The position numbers and the translations under genes are program-made. A DNA stretch of 64,000 nucleotides, from NCBI GenBank assembly GCA_965202585.1, contig OZ241826.1, forward strand, positions 18,786,001 through 18,850,000. Reading direction: 5' to 3'. The notes beneath the pieces are model-generated. The model made no database searches. It had not been told where the DNA came from and saw only the letters and a program-made list of their open reading frames with translations. Shown in pieces: positions 36,301-49,745 of this stretch. This DNA comes from Thalia democratica (lineage: Eukaryota). Within the stretch, counting starts at the first letter, position 1. Each line of letters begins with the position of its first letter.

Positions 36301-37319
36301 AACAAGTTTGTACAACCTTAAGCAAAGTTAAAAAAGTTATAGACATATTTTGTAACATTTGTCAGTACAATTGTATTTCAATTAGAGCAAAAACTACAAA
36401 ATATGTTTTCAGTTATTTTACGTTAACTTATTAAAATAAGATAAGATTATTTACTCACATCTAAATTAAGATAGTACAAGTAAAAAAATAGTCAACACAA
36501 GGTGCTTAACATAATAATGTAAATATTTATATTAAAACATTTAATGATAATACTAGTTATTGACAAATTTTGGTTGCATCTAAGGTTTCTTTTGATTTAA
36601 TTGAAATTTCTAACGTAATATTAAGTAAAACTTATGTTTGTTATATTAAAAAAAAATTAATAAAAAAACCAGGGAAACACCTAAAAACGTAAGCCATAGT
36701 TTATTACTCTTTCAGTATGCTCTATTAACATATATTTATATTGTATATTATTTTTTTAGTAATGACCGATCAGATTTCCAAATAAAAATTTTAATGAAGT
36801 TGTTATATTAAAAAGTTATAATTTTTTTTGAAATCTTTGTTCTTTAAATAATACCTGGTAGTTACTTTAAAACAGTCATTAAGCAATTTAAATGATTATA
36901 TCAAATACTTATTACATTGGTTTACCTATTAAAAAGATGTATGACCACATATAAAAAATAATATGAAGTTTACGAAATATCCGCCTTAATGAAAGTGAAA
37001 AACAAAGAACTTAATTATAAACACTTATTTGAAATCGCAAAAAGAATTCTTTAAACCTTTGTTTAGTAATATTAATTTTAGATATTTTCATTATATTTAA
37101 TGTGACAGTTCAAGTTTTATACTTGCGTTTAACAACATACTATTATATCAAAATTTTCATTTCGAAAAAATGTTTCACTAGATTTACGATTTTCAGTTGA
37201 AATTAATTCTTTATTCAAACAAATTAAGAATTTAACTAAAAATCTAAATTAAAACCAAATCTGTAACAAATTAGTAATAGATTTAATTTGTAATATTTTT
37301 AATATTACTTTGATAAAAA

Positions 37320-38700
37320 AGCTATTTTAAGTGTTTTTTTTTTTATTCTTAGTAAAAAGTAAAAACTTTTTTAATGACTAAAACTAAATCATTATAGCAT
37401 TGTGTTAAAGTAAAGAAAAAAGTTAAAAGCTTAAGTACAAAACTTAGTGTGTCTACTTAAAAACTTTAGTGTTTTCGAGATTTGCATGTTTTGTAACAAT
37501 GAATTTGCGCACTAATTAATTTGTATTGATTAACAAAAATCCATTTTATCTAATTTATTATATGAAATACTATAAACCTTATAGTAAAACATTGAAACTA
37601 AAAAAATTTGATTTTCATAACAATTAATTAATTAATTTAGTCTTTAAGAAACTTTAGATTGTAAACATCCTTGTAGAGCTAAAAATACATAATTCATAAA
37701 GAGTAACCAAAATCTTACATGCCGACTAAAAATCAAACTATCATATAGTAATTTTTATTAGTAAATAAACACCTCTTTATTCATTTAGCACAAATAAAAT
37801 ACTACATCATTTAGTAAAAATTTGTAAAAAAATTCACAAGTGGTATCCTAAGTAAACAAACTAGTTGAAGGTAGGGGCGTGTCTAGTATTCTTTAGCTTG
37901 GTTGTACAATTTTTTGTTTAATAATAAAATATTTTATTTATAAGGTTTTAAAATACGCACAAGAGTATAATAGAGCTATTTACTACATAACTGTCTAAAT
38001 TAATCAGTTACATAAAATGTTTAAACACTTAGAAAATACCAGTAAAATAGAAAGCAAAATCTTAATATGTAATACAGTTCTTGAAGTTTCAGTAGATAAA
38101 AACTTAGATATTAACTTAATTCCTGTTTTTAAAACCGTTGTTAAAACTTTGCTTACAATATGAAGGTAACATGAAAAACAAAACATTTTATACATCTTAT
38201 CAAAATTAGTAACTTACTTGTCTTAATAAGAGAAAAACTTCTTAAATGATTTGTACAAATAATACATAGTTCAGGAGTTTTAGTTAAAATAATTAAGCTA
38301 AAAACTGAACTTAAATAAAAACAAACTTTATTTTTAAAAACGAACTATTAACAGACTTAAGCTATTTTTTTACAAATTGATCAGAAAAAAAAAACAAATT
38401 ATAAAAATGCGCTTTTATTAATGCTCTAAAGACAAAAACAACATGTATTTTTATCAAAAGTTTTTAAAATTAAAAATCAAACCCTTGGAATTGTTCAAAA
38501 AAAAAATTCATTCAAAAATACTTTTGTAAACAATTTTAATTGACTAATTTTTAATCTAAAGTTCCATTTTTTAAACTGTGTAACTTATGTACTTATACAA
38601 TTTTTATAAAATTTATCAATTTTTTAGACGAAAACAATATAAAAGATTCTTATCTTGTCGTATTCTTTAAAATATAGATTAAAATTTACTTTATACCAAA
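37320..38700 (-). repeat. Orphan copy of the type-B upstream module, including one hAT terminus at 37872
   Basis: Reverse complement of ~9600-10950; taggggcgtgtctag at 37872-37886 with flank ccttcaac. No Kelch ATG follows at the usual ~0.7 kb distance. Confidence 0.8.
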
Positions 38701-40283
38701 AATTAAATATAATTAAGTATAAGATGTTTAAATACAAAGCCATATTTAATAGCTTTTTTTATAAGGTTTTATATTTCAATTGAAATTCTAGAGATTAAAC
38801 ATTCTAAGTATTAAAATAATTACCTATTTTAGAAAATTGCATATGAAAACTAAGTATTTATCAGAACATTTCAGTAATTTAAAAGTATAACAAACACGAA
38901 CCATATTATTAATTGTATCAGTTGTGTTTGCATCGTTATTTGACCCTAGAAAGAAACTTTTATCAGCTCTGTAAAAAATAACTGAAATATTAACTTAAAT
39001 TTATTTTAAAATTACTTATAAGTAATTTATTTATTATTGATTTTACTAGAAACTTATTTACTTGTATTTTATAATTTTTTTACAAAATGTTACATTACAA
39101 AGTGTACGTTATATACAAATAAGTGTTTTTAGGGTTTAAAATGCCAAACGTGTAAATACTTCAGAAAAAGAGAAACACGTTTACATCTGTTATTTAACTT
39201 TAAAATAATTGGAGTACAGAAATAATGTTAATATATTTTATTTACTAGCAGTGTGCAAAATTATATACAAACTTTAATAATGATACCATCTAAATACTAC
39301 ATAACTCTTTAACAATGACAAAATATACTTGTATTGTTGATTGGTTTCTAGATTTTTCGTCTTTATCTTTATTAAATTTAGGTTTTTGAGCAAATTTTTT
39401 TGAACATTTCGCTTTAGAGCTTTCATTATTTTCCTTTTCTTTTACCCATTCTATACAGTTTCCGAGCTAATAAAATATCAGATAATATAACAAGACAGCG
39501 TTTCAGCTACATTAAATTATACTTTACTTAAATAGGTTTAAATAATTAGTTTTTATTTGCCTGATTAGCTGTTTTTTTTAACGAAAATAAAATATTTACT
39601 AAACTTTAGAAAAATATTGCATTAGATTTGTAATTTAATGCAAATTAGCTTTTAAATCAGTTTATATTATTGTTTTTTATCGAAATTAGATACAGCTGTG
39701 TACATAACAATAAACCTTAGTCATGAAAAAACAATAACATAAAATAAAATAGATAATCGAGATAGTTAATTTAGTTAAAAATGTAACAACTGTAAAAACA
39801 GACAACTAGTTGTGAACGAAAAGTTTGCAAGCTATTTAAAGTAATCTATAGGCTTTCCTAAAAACAACTAGAAACAATATATTTATAAAGCCACCACTTT
39901 GAAAACTGGTCGTGAAAGAGCATATAAGTGTTTCGAAGCGAAATAAAATATACACATAACTTAAGAATTTTCTAAATATATGAATTTATCTTGTAAACTT
40001 CAAACTAACTCATGTAGACAAATCTTGAGTAAAGAATTTTTTTTCAGCTTTTAGTTTAAAATATTTAAGTTGTTGTTTACAAAGATTTTATTATACTAAT
40101 CACTTTTATTAAAAGCTCCTTTTTAATCTATGCAAGTATTAATTAATCATATTAACTTAAATATGTACCAATGGTAATGTAATGCATCTAATTATATACT
40201 CACTTCTCTAAACAGTTGTACTAAATTCAAAACGAAAGTTAGTCTGATTCATTAACAATAGTTTATATTTTCTCAGCTTTAAT

Positions 40284-41097
40284 ATCAAAACTAATTGTAG
40301 TAAATTTTCTGTTTGTATCAAAATAAACATTGCTATTAAAATGATGTTGATGACATTCTGTTTAAATTCACTTCAGATATCAAAAATAATTATGGATGTA
40401 GCTTTTTAAAAATTAAGAATTGTTTGTTTTTAAAACCAGATGAAGTCCAGTTTGGTTCTCACAATGAATTATTTATCGAATGTGATTTGTCTGATTATTT
40501 GTCCTCTCATAGTGTGTCTTTGGATAGTTCCCTAAAATCTGATAGTTTTTGTTCAAAAATACTTTGGTAGAGTCATATTTGCATTTGCATGAAAGTTTTG
40601 TACGCGTTTTGTGAACATGATATCAAATATATTCAATGTTACTGTTACAAGCACAACTTCAAATTAAACATATGGTATGATATAGCTAGTATGAGCATAC
40701 GAGATGCAACTTTGCTTCTACTGTTTTTGAAGGTAAAGTGGTTGTTACTGGTGGGTTGAATCATTGCGGAACATTGAAATCAGTCGAAAATTATGATCAT
40801 CATGAACAAAAATGGATTCGTTTACCTGATATGATTGAAAAAAGACATTATCATTCTTTGACAAATATATGTAGCAAATTGTTTGTATCTGCCGGACAAA
40901 TTGGTACCACGTAGGAGGTTTTTGAAAGTATAACTAGAAAATTTCCTTTGTTTAGATATCAAACTGGGATTAAAGGAATTTACTTTTATAAGTTTAGTGC
41001 TTGTTGTGTTCGGAATAAAAGTGTATTGTTAATTGATATTTCAAACGACACCTATCAGTTTATTGTTTATGAAAAAAGAATGAAACATCTAGTTTAA
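40284..41097 (+). pseudogene. Full-length type-B Kelch pseudogene
   Basis: ttttctcag|ctttaatATC in place of ATG; stops TAA 40337, TAG 40568, TAG 40912; frameshifts near 40315 and 40700; retains TVFEGKVVVTGG and KSVENYDHHEQKW. Confidence 0.9.
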
Positions 41098-41551
41098 AAA
41101 AATCTTTTTGACCATGCTTAGTTATTGTAATTTTATGTCAAGTGAATTTTATTGGGTTATGTATTTGTTTATAAATCACTTTTCCTTGTTTAGTTTTCGT
41201 TATGCTTTGACTTTGTTTAAATAATAAAACTACACACTTTGAATATAAATATCTGATTATTCTTGGCATTTAAAAAACAAATTTTATGGAACTTTGTGTA
41301 AAATAACTTGTCATTTCTGTTTGTAATTTTGCTTTTATTTACAAAAAACAACTGTAGTTTGAAGTATTAAAACGTATGTATTTATGTGTTTGCTTTTAAA
41401 AAAAAATGTTTCTTTTGCTTTTGTAAACTAGTTTTTTTTTTATTGTGCAGATTATCGGTACAATAAAATTTGAAAAATAAATTATAAAATAGACTGAAAG
41501 CTAGAAATAGTTTAATTATATAAATAGCTTATAAAAACTATTGGTTTGTTA

Positions 41552-43228
41552 CAGGGGCGTGTTTTGACTTGTTTTCTGATACCTGTAAACCCCCTGGACA
41601 AAAAAAAGAAGAAAGAAAAAAAACCCTTAGAATATCATTAAAAACGTTGTTTATTTACTTTGCTTTGTTTAGTTGATAAACTTTGAATAATGAATGTTGA
41701 ATTTATTATATTGATAAATTTAAAAATTTCCTTAACAAAAAGGTCGTTTTCGCTTAGCTGAATTAGATTAAAAAAAAAAAAAATTATGACGTAATAATAG
41801 GTTAAAGTTTTAAAGTAGCATTTTTTTTCTAGGAGACTTTTTAGTAAGATACTCTTAGTTCCGATTATAAATTGTTAAAATTGTTAATTAGTGCAAATAA
41901 CTTATGATTAAGTATTGTTTTTGAACTAGTAAGTACAATTTTACTTATAAGCTGTCCAATATAATCGTTAAAGTTTTATTTTACTTAGTTTATTTTATAT
42001 AAAATGTTGTGTGAAGATTTTGTCTTATATTGTTGTATAATAATGTTGTGTTTGTACTAAAACATTTATATTTTTTGTTTATCTGTCAACCAACTGGGTT
42101 TAAACCTTCAAAAGTTCAATTCGGAAAGTTTCAAAATCATCTTTAGACAACTACACCACCTGTTAATTTATTCTTTTATCATTTAATGATATTTTAATAT
42201 TTTTATCTAAGTTGTTTTACTTAATTTGTATATCTGTTGGCCACAAAGTTGATTCTTGATTTTGTAAAATTATCAACTTCAAGAGTTTTTGAAACCATCA
42301 AAAATCATTGTAATTTCATTGTATAAGTCTAAATATTTTTTAAGTGAAATTTCAATTTTTAAAGATTATAATACTTAAAAAATATTTATATTATAAATAA
42401 TTAGATACATGTAAAAAGTTTTAAATAAAAAAAAAATTGCAAGAAAGCCATCTATACTAAAAATTAAATCAAAATCAAAATTCTCTTCAAGCTCTTTTTA
42501 AATGATTTGACCTTACAAATTGTAAATCAAATTCAAATCTTTTATTTAAAACAAAAATATTACAGACATAACTAACTTAAATAAAAAAAAATAACTTCTT
42601 TATCAGAAAACAATATTACTGAATAATTAATATTAGAATAAACTTTTATAAAGATATTTTAATTTGATTGTATAAGTCTAAACATTCTTTTTAGTAAAAA
42701 TTTAATTTTTAAATATTATATTACTTGAAAAAAATATTTTTATTATAAATAGATATATAAATGTATAAAGTTAAAAATTTAAAAGAAAAACTTGTAAGAA
42801 CTTCATCTATACTAACATTTAAATGGAAATTGAAATTCTGTTTATAATTTTTTTTTCTATATTAATTATTTTATAATATTCTTTACTGATAAAGAAGTTA
42901 TTTTTTTTATAGAATAAGTTAGTTATGTCTGTAATATTTTTTGTTTAAAATAACAGATTTGAATTTTGATATACAATTTAAAAGTTTATAACTTTTTTCT
43001 GGTTCTTTTAGCTTTAATTTATGTAAATTTAATGCAGTATAAAAATAAAAATATATGATGTTTTTCTATAACTACTTATATGATTTTTAATTTCTAAGCA
43101 GAAAAAGCTTTCGGCTAATCATTACGCACTTAACTGGCAGTGCACACCGAATAAATGCGTACTAAAGCGGAAAATTAAGAACAAAATAATTGTGAACCCC
43201 CTTTGAAAAAAGTCTAAACACGCCTTTG
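41552..43228. mobile_element. Non-autonomous hAT-type element, 1.68 kb, same TIR family as 9415-10393 but an independent insertion
   Basis: TIRs caggggcgtgttttgact / agtctaaacacgcctttg; 8-bp TSD gtttgtta (41544-41551) / gttagtta (43229-43236), 7 of 8 matching. Confidence 0.8.
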
Positions 43229-43569
43229 GTTAGTTAACTGTTAGGAAAGTAAATAATTTTTTGAATGTTACATGTTATAGTTGTTTTTATGTGTCTCTAA
43301 ACTGACAGAATATTTGCAAAGTACTTGTGGCGTAGCATGGTATTTTGTTACAGATGCAAAATTTTAATACTTAGAAAAAATCCTTAAACTTTTGCTTTTT
43401 GCTTATAAAAACCTTATTTTAAGTACTAAAGCTAAAATAACTTTATAAAATAATTAAATTTGTTGTTCAAAATGCTTGTTTATTTCATAATTTAGAATTT
43501 TATAAACAACTATAGCTATTTTCGTAATTAATTTTCGATTATAATTTTCTGTGTTTGCACAAGTGTAAA

Positions 43570-43665
43570 CTAACTAACATTAAACTAATGATATAAACAA
43601 ACTAATGATAATTAAATAAACTAGTTAATAAACTAGTTAATAAACAAACTAATGATATTTAACAG
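43570..43665. repeat. Low-complexity aaactaatgat / aaactagttaat repeats
   Basis: Several imperfect 11-12 bp units seen directly. Confidence 0.6.
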
Positions 43666-45289
43666 TTTTTTTTAACAAATTAAAAACTTTTGCAAATCAC
43701 TGAAAACATTATCAAAATTATAAATATATTTTCAAATAAATTTGTCTCATAAAAAAGCGAAATATCTCTTAAAGATAAATTTCAAGGGTTAGCAAAAATT
43801 TGTATACCAATAAATTACAGGTAATAAAACCGAATAACAAAAAAAACATCTTAAAAATTTAACAACTTTCAAAAGTCAAAAGGATTCTGAATACAAATAA
43901 GAAATAAAAGTTAGCTAAGTCAGATTTTGCTTCAAATAGACAGAATTAACTAATATAGCAAAGTTTTATACTTCATTAATTGCAAACTTACAAAATAAAA
44001 GATTAAATTAAATAAACTAAAAATTAAAACTATCTATTATTTTATATATAAAAAGTAAACTAAAAATATAATAAAATTAAAAAAAAAATATTACTGAGTC
44101 AGATTTAGTTTACAATACACAAAATAAAGAAGTATATAAATACATATATATAGTAACCTACTGTTAGAAGGATTACAAAATTTGTCAGAAAACTTATAAT
44201 CTTGACATAATATAAAAATATTAAAAAGTAAAAATATCTAAACATTTTTCTAAACTTGTATTAAAAGTTTAAAGATGAACATTCAAGTTTATTAGAAAAA
44301 ATTAATAAAAACTAGTTATAATAGGATGTTTTTATTTTAACATTTAGTTTTCTTTAGGTTTGTTTTACTATAGATATGTAATTCCTTGTAGAAGGAAAGT
44401 TATAAAAAAAACTATTAAATTAAAAACAATGGAAAAATTTTCATTACATTAGAACTGCATTCCTTAGTAAAAGAAACATCTTTGTTGGTCTGCTATTTTG
44501 TAACTTTATCTTTTTAACCTACAATTAGCTAGTTTAAGTTTTTTTTTAATAATACCACTGATACTAATAAAACTCGTCACTACTATCTTAAAATTAAAAT
44601 AATAGACAGATTTCAAACTACAGAATTTTATTCAAAATCTTAAACTATTAGAATTTTTATATTATTTACTTTTAACCTCTTGAATTTGATGTTAAAAGTA
44701 TTTCTTAATTCATTTTAGTTGAATTTTATTTGTAAATTTGTTAACTGTTTTTTGTACGTTTATTTATTTCTTGGATTATGTTATGTTAATGTAAAAACGA
44801 ATAAGTAAGTTCATGTGTATTCTAAAACAGATCTACTATTTTATATAATTTTATATTTGATGTGTCATACTTATGTTAACTATGGTATTCGTGAAAATTA
44901 AAAAAAAAAAGTTTAGTTTTGTTTAGTTTTAACTATTTAGCTTCTTAAACAAATACCAATTTTTTTTTTTACTTTTATAAAACTTTAATTTTTGTGAAAA
45001 TTTATAATAGTAAATGTGAGTCAGTTATTATCTATTTTTTAAAATTTATGTTTGTAGATTTAAAAGACAACTTTATATAAATATTGAAAGCTAAAAATCC
45101 TAAATTTTTATTCTGTTTATGCATTCAGATTTTTTTATGAATAGGACTATTAAATACTATTTGATTTTTTTTATTGCAAATAACTTTATCACAAGTATAC
45201 AAGAAATTTGATACGCTCTATTACATTACAACTTATCGTAAAAAGTAAAAAAAGAACAAATAAAATAAAAACTAACACAAGATTATCAT

Positions 45290-45420
45290 GCGGCACTGTG
45301 GCGCAGCGATTTAACAACGAGCTTTCAACCGGAACGTTGTAAGATCAAAGCCCCGTAGGGTCAGCTGTATACGATTTTCATCTAACTGTTTGATATTTTA
45401 CGGCCCTAATCAGGCTTTTT
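45290..45420 (+). mobile_element. Degenerate tRNA-derived SINE head
   Basis: A-box-like tggcgcagcga (45299-45309) and B-box-like agatcaaagcc (~45342) at tRNA-like spacing; no clean cloverleaf found. Confidence 0.45.
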
Positions 45421-48400
45421 GTTTCTAAAGTAAAGTTTTCTTTTGTGTCTTACTAACAATTACTGGAAGTAACTATATTCAAGTGTTTGTTTAGAGCTTT
45501 AAACGTCATTATATTATTTTAGTTGGAATAACAAAGTTGTGTTTGTTGTTTTTGATACTGTTGTTGACAGAAAAAGGTTTTTGATGAAATATAAAATAGT
45601 TAAACTAAAATAAGGAAAAATAGTTTATATGAAGAGGTGAAAAAGTTAAAAAGTTGCATATTTGTGTGGCAACAAATGTTGAAATACAAAGTAAGTTTTA
45701 TTGAAAATGCATTTGAAATAAAAGTTGACGTATGATGTGAATTTAAACAAAATAAATAAATCGCTCAGTATTAGTTTGGTTAGGGTTTTAGGGTGGAAGC
45801 GGGGTAAGCGGTGGCCGAAAACAGCGACATAGTGTGGTGGAAAAACACGTAAATAATATTTATTATTTTAACTTCTTAATCAATTTCTGTGCAATCTCAG
45901 TGCAAATTCTGACTTCGTGGCGCCATCTAGCGGATAAAAATAATCTTTTTGTAAAAAAATTGGTCTCACTTTCGCTTATTTAACTAAAATAAGAGCTTAA
46001 ACACCTTATTTACTTCTTTTTGTACTGTTCTTATAAACGGTCAATGACATATTTTACTTTGTTTACCTTAAATATACGTTTGTAATGTTTAAAGATCATA
46101 GTTTATTACTTCAATTATCATGCAATGATGGAGGTCCCTCCAACTATGAAAACTTTTACTTTTAGATTGTTTACTTGTTTTGATTGTTCATTTTGATGTC
46201 TTGAAATAAGTTGTATGAACTTTAAGTGTTAAACAGCAGTTTATAGTTTAAATTTTTCTGTAGTTTATTTTGCAAATTGAGTTTAAGCTTTCCGGTGCTT
46301 TAAACAAATTAAAAAAAAATTGAAAATACATTTTCAATAGTCTTCAAAACAAAACTATTGAATGCCAAAGAATATATTTACATAGTAGTTTGTTAGATGA
46401 ATGAAAAAAGACTTTAAAAACAATAAACTGTGTGTATTATGGAAGTATCGTGTCATTTTAATCATTAAATAAGTTAATTGTTTATATGAAAAATAAACAG
46501 CTATTTCAAACTTGGATTTCTGACCGAACTTGCTGCAACAGTCTTGAACAAGTTTCAAGACACTAGCACAAGTTTTCTGAGTCATCAAGCTGTAATACAC
46601 TTTGTCAGCATGCTGAATGTGCAAGTCTATCACAGAAGTTAATTTAAGTTTTAGGTGATGTGTCATCACCTTTTAAAATTTTATTGATCATTGTGCAGAC
46701 AACATAGATGAGTTGCACTACTTTAGCTACATTTAATTGGAGTCTAAACTACGAGTGTTGCTTAACAATTGCTATGTAGATAGAAACGTCACTAAACGAG
46801 AGAGCTAAATCAATTAAACAATAAACTAACTAAATCTATCGAATTTATGCCTATAGAAAAATTAACGAAGTACAGTTTAAAATTGTTTTCCTTTACAGTC
46901 AGAATAAGATTTTTGTTCTGTTTATGCATTCAGACTTTTTTTTTATGATTACGACTATTAAACACTATTTGTATTTTTTTATTGCAAGTAGCTATATCAC
47001 AAGTATACAAAATATTTAATACACACTACTACACTAAAACTTTTTATATAAAGTAAAAAAAAAATTAAAATTTAAACTTAAGAGACGCAAATATGTATAC
47101 CCTAAAATCAAAAACTATAGTTTTGTCTAATATTTATAGATTAACAGCAAAATAAATTAACACTTTAGTATAATACTAATTGACTTATTTATGGTTTGAA
47201 GAAGAAGGTTTTAACAAATTTGGTTTTGACTCCATTAAAAGCAAGTTTAACATCAATTCTTTCATCGATCAGTGAGTTCAAATAAAACTAAACACAGTTG
47301 CACAATATTTCAATTTAGAACTAATTTCCAATTTCTTTTTAACAAAAAAAAAACATTCTTTTAAATTTTAAGTAACACAAATTGAGACGATTTAGTAAAT
47401 TATTCTGATAATTTTAGTGCAGCAATCAGCAAAATAGTCTGAGTTACGCGCTTTTTCTTTAAAAGAAGGTTCATGGTTAGTTTTATAAAACTCTTTTAGA
47501 ACATACTAGAATGTCAGAATTCAAACAAACTACAAAAGTTCATGAATAAAAATTATTTTTATTTAAATATCAACCGGATTTACACATTCTGACTGTTAGA
47601 GTTAGGTTCTGTACATTTGTGCAATCGTTTGGTATTTTATAATTTTTATCAGTTGTTTTTGTCGTTTTGCCAAAGCATAATCGATACAATTAAAATAACA
47701 TTATTCGAATTAAGGTACAGACAATTGTAAAAAAACTAAAAATAATAAGTGCAGTGACTAATCACTAAATTTAAAGTCCAAAGCACATTAGGAATACAGA
47801 TTAAAAAAATATTTATCGAAAATACTAAAAAACCTTATATTATTTACAGAGGAAAAGCGCTGCTAATAAAATCAAACTATAGAGTTACCCAAGTTCTACA
47901 TATGATATCAATGGTTTATAATGATTTATTTTCGTTAGGTTTATAAATCAATGGTTTTTTTTCGTGATAGTTAATTATTAAAACAAAGTTAAAAATGGAC
48001 TATTAGTTAACTGTAGTTAATTAGTTTTAAAAAGCATTAGGACAATGTAAGTATTCTGTATTATAAAAATAAAATATTAAGTTTTGATAGTCGTCAATGT
48101 AAGAAATATAATGAGTTTCGTTAAAAACTACTCCGTACTTTTTTTTGAAGAGATTCTATATGTTTAATAAACATTTTATAAGTATGGAGACCAGATTGGC
48201 AATTTGCATTCAAATTTAAGGCTAATTTATATAATTTACAACTTTTTAAGAATATTAATATCGGTATATATGAAAATCGAAATAGTACAGTAAATAAAAT
48301 TTAGTGATCGTGATGAGCATGGTGGTTTCATCTAAAATTATCATTATTAAATTCTAAATTCTTAAAACGAAAGTGTATACTGTTTAAAAAATCAAAAGTA

Positions 48401-48739
48401 GAGGTAGACGTTTTTTCAATATTTAGAACCCGTCATTTACTAGAACTTAAATTTAATTTTCTTTCTTTTAGCCGATGGACCTTAAATAAAAAAGATACAT
48501 ATGAATAATAATATGAAATATATTTTTATAATTTAGTTTGACTCACTTTATAATTTATAGTTCTATTTGTTAAAAAAAAAATTAAATTTAAAATTAATTC
48601 TTTCAAACAATATATACGTGACTCAATTTTTCAGAACATTATAAATTTCATGCTTTTTTCGTCAGTTGTATACTAAGCAAAAAAAATAAAATTTCAAATC
48701 AAGCTTAAATTGTGAAAATGTTGATAAGGTTGGAGTCAG

Positions 48740-48910
48740 CATACAGTTCCTTTGCTTCGTTTTAATGTTTGTTACATGCAAAAAGCCGGGCTCGCAAAGA
48801 TAAGTGTTGGTGAATGGTAAAATAAATTTTACTGCACGCTTTGCTAAGATGGGGTACTCGGAAATTGCACATATCCAAAAATCTAAAAGCTCCTTTTCTT
48901 TGAAACTCAA
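48740..48910 (-). mobile_element. hAT transposase C-terminal dimerisation-domain fragment (Charlie/Buster-like)
   Basis: LLDFW...SEYPILAKRAVKFILPFTNTYLCEPGF..VTNIKTKQRN matches the 'FW...EYP.LA..A...L.PF.TTYLCE.GFS....KTK.RN' pattern. Confidence 0.85.
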
Positions 48911-49745
48911 TTTTAAATTTCTATATTCAGATAGTTGCAGTTTTTGTATAGGACTTGAAAAAAAGTAAGCTAAAGGATAATACTTATTTACAAAAAGTGA
49001 AATTTTAACATATTACACAGTTTCAACATAATTTAAAAGTTACTGTTATATTCTTGTATTGTACGTTTTTGCTAAAGCTGAATGATTCTACTATTAAATT
49101 AATTGAATTGTATTATTAAACAAGTTACAGGTATTCAGTGACAACTATAACTGTAGAACTCAAACTGAAAATGTTGTATTTTCAAATACAAAAGTTAAAC
49201 ATCATTTTAAGTTTTAGTATCTAAGTTATAGGAGGTAATAAAAACAAAGTAAACTACATTTAAAATTGTTTCGTAGTTTTTAACCTGTAATTTATTAACT
49301 TCTCAATAATTTTTTTTTGTTTTAAAACATTTTAATATTTTCAGAGACAAATCCAACTTAAAAAAATATAAACCAACATAAAGTCACAAGAAAAAATTTG
49401 TGTTTTTCTTGAAAACAATTATGTATTTTGTGTATGTTTCAGGACTTTTATCACACATCTTATGTAAAAAATTATAACTAATTAAGAATTTTTCCAGATA
49501 CTAGACTGATAGAGACTTTGACAATATATTCAAGATAATAAAAAAAATTTTACGGATCAGTTTTCTATTTTTATCTTGCTTTCCGTTTATTGCCGTTTAT
49601 TTTAAACTTAAATGACAAAAAAATCAGAACTTTTGTTTACAACGTAAAGATTTATTAATTAACAAAGCTAAAAGAAAATGAAAACTAAATAAATAAGTTC
49701 AAAAACACATATACATTCACCTATCAAAAATTTTTCGACAAATTG

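Noticed and set aside
40284-41097. Alternative genetic code or readthrough (stops at Q and W positions)
   Set aside because: Intact paralogs use CAA and TGG at these sites and end at TAA/TGA. The same copies also carry frameshifts, and C>T and G>A changes explain the stops.
45290-45365. Functional tRNA gene
   Set aside because: The B box is degenerate and no consistent acceptor stem or cloverleaf could be built; treated as a SINE relic.
45780-45795. Telomeric ttaggg repeats
   Set aside because: Only two imperfect units; not an array.
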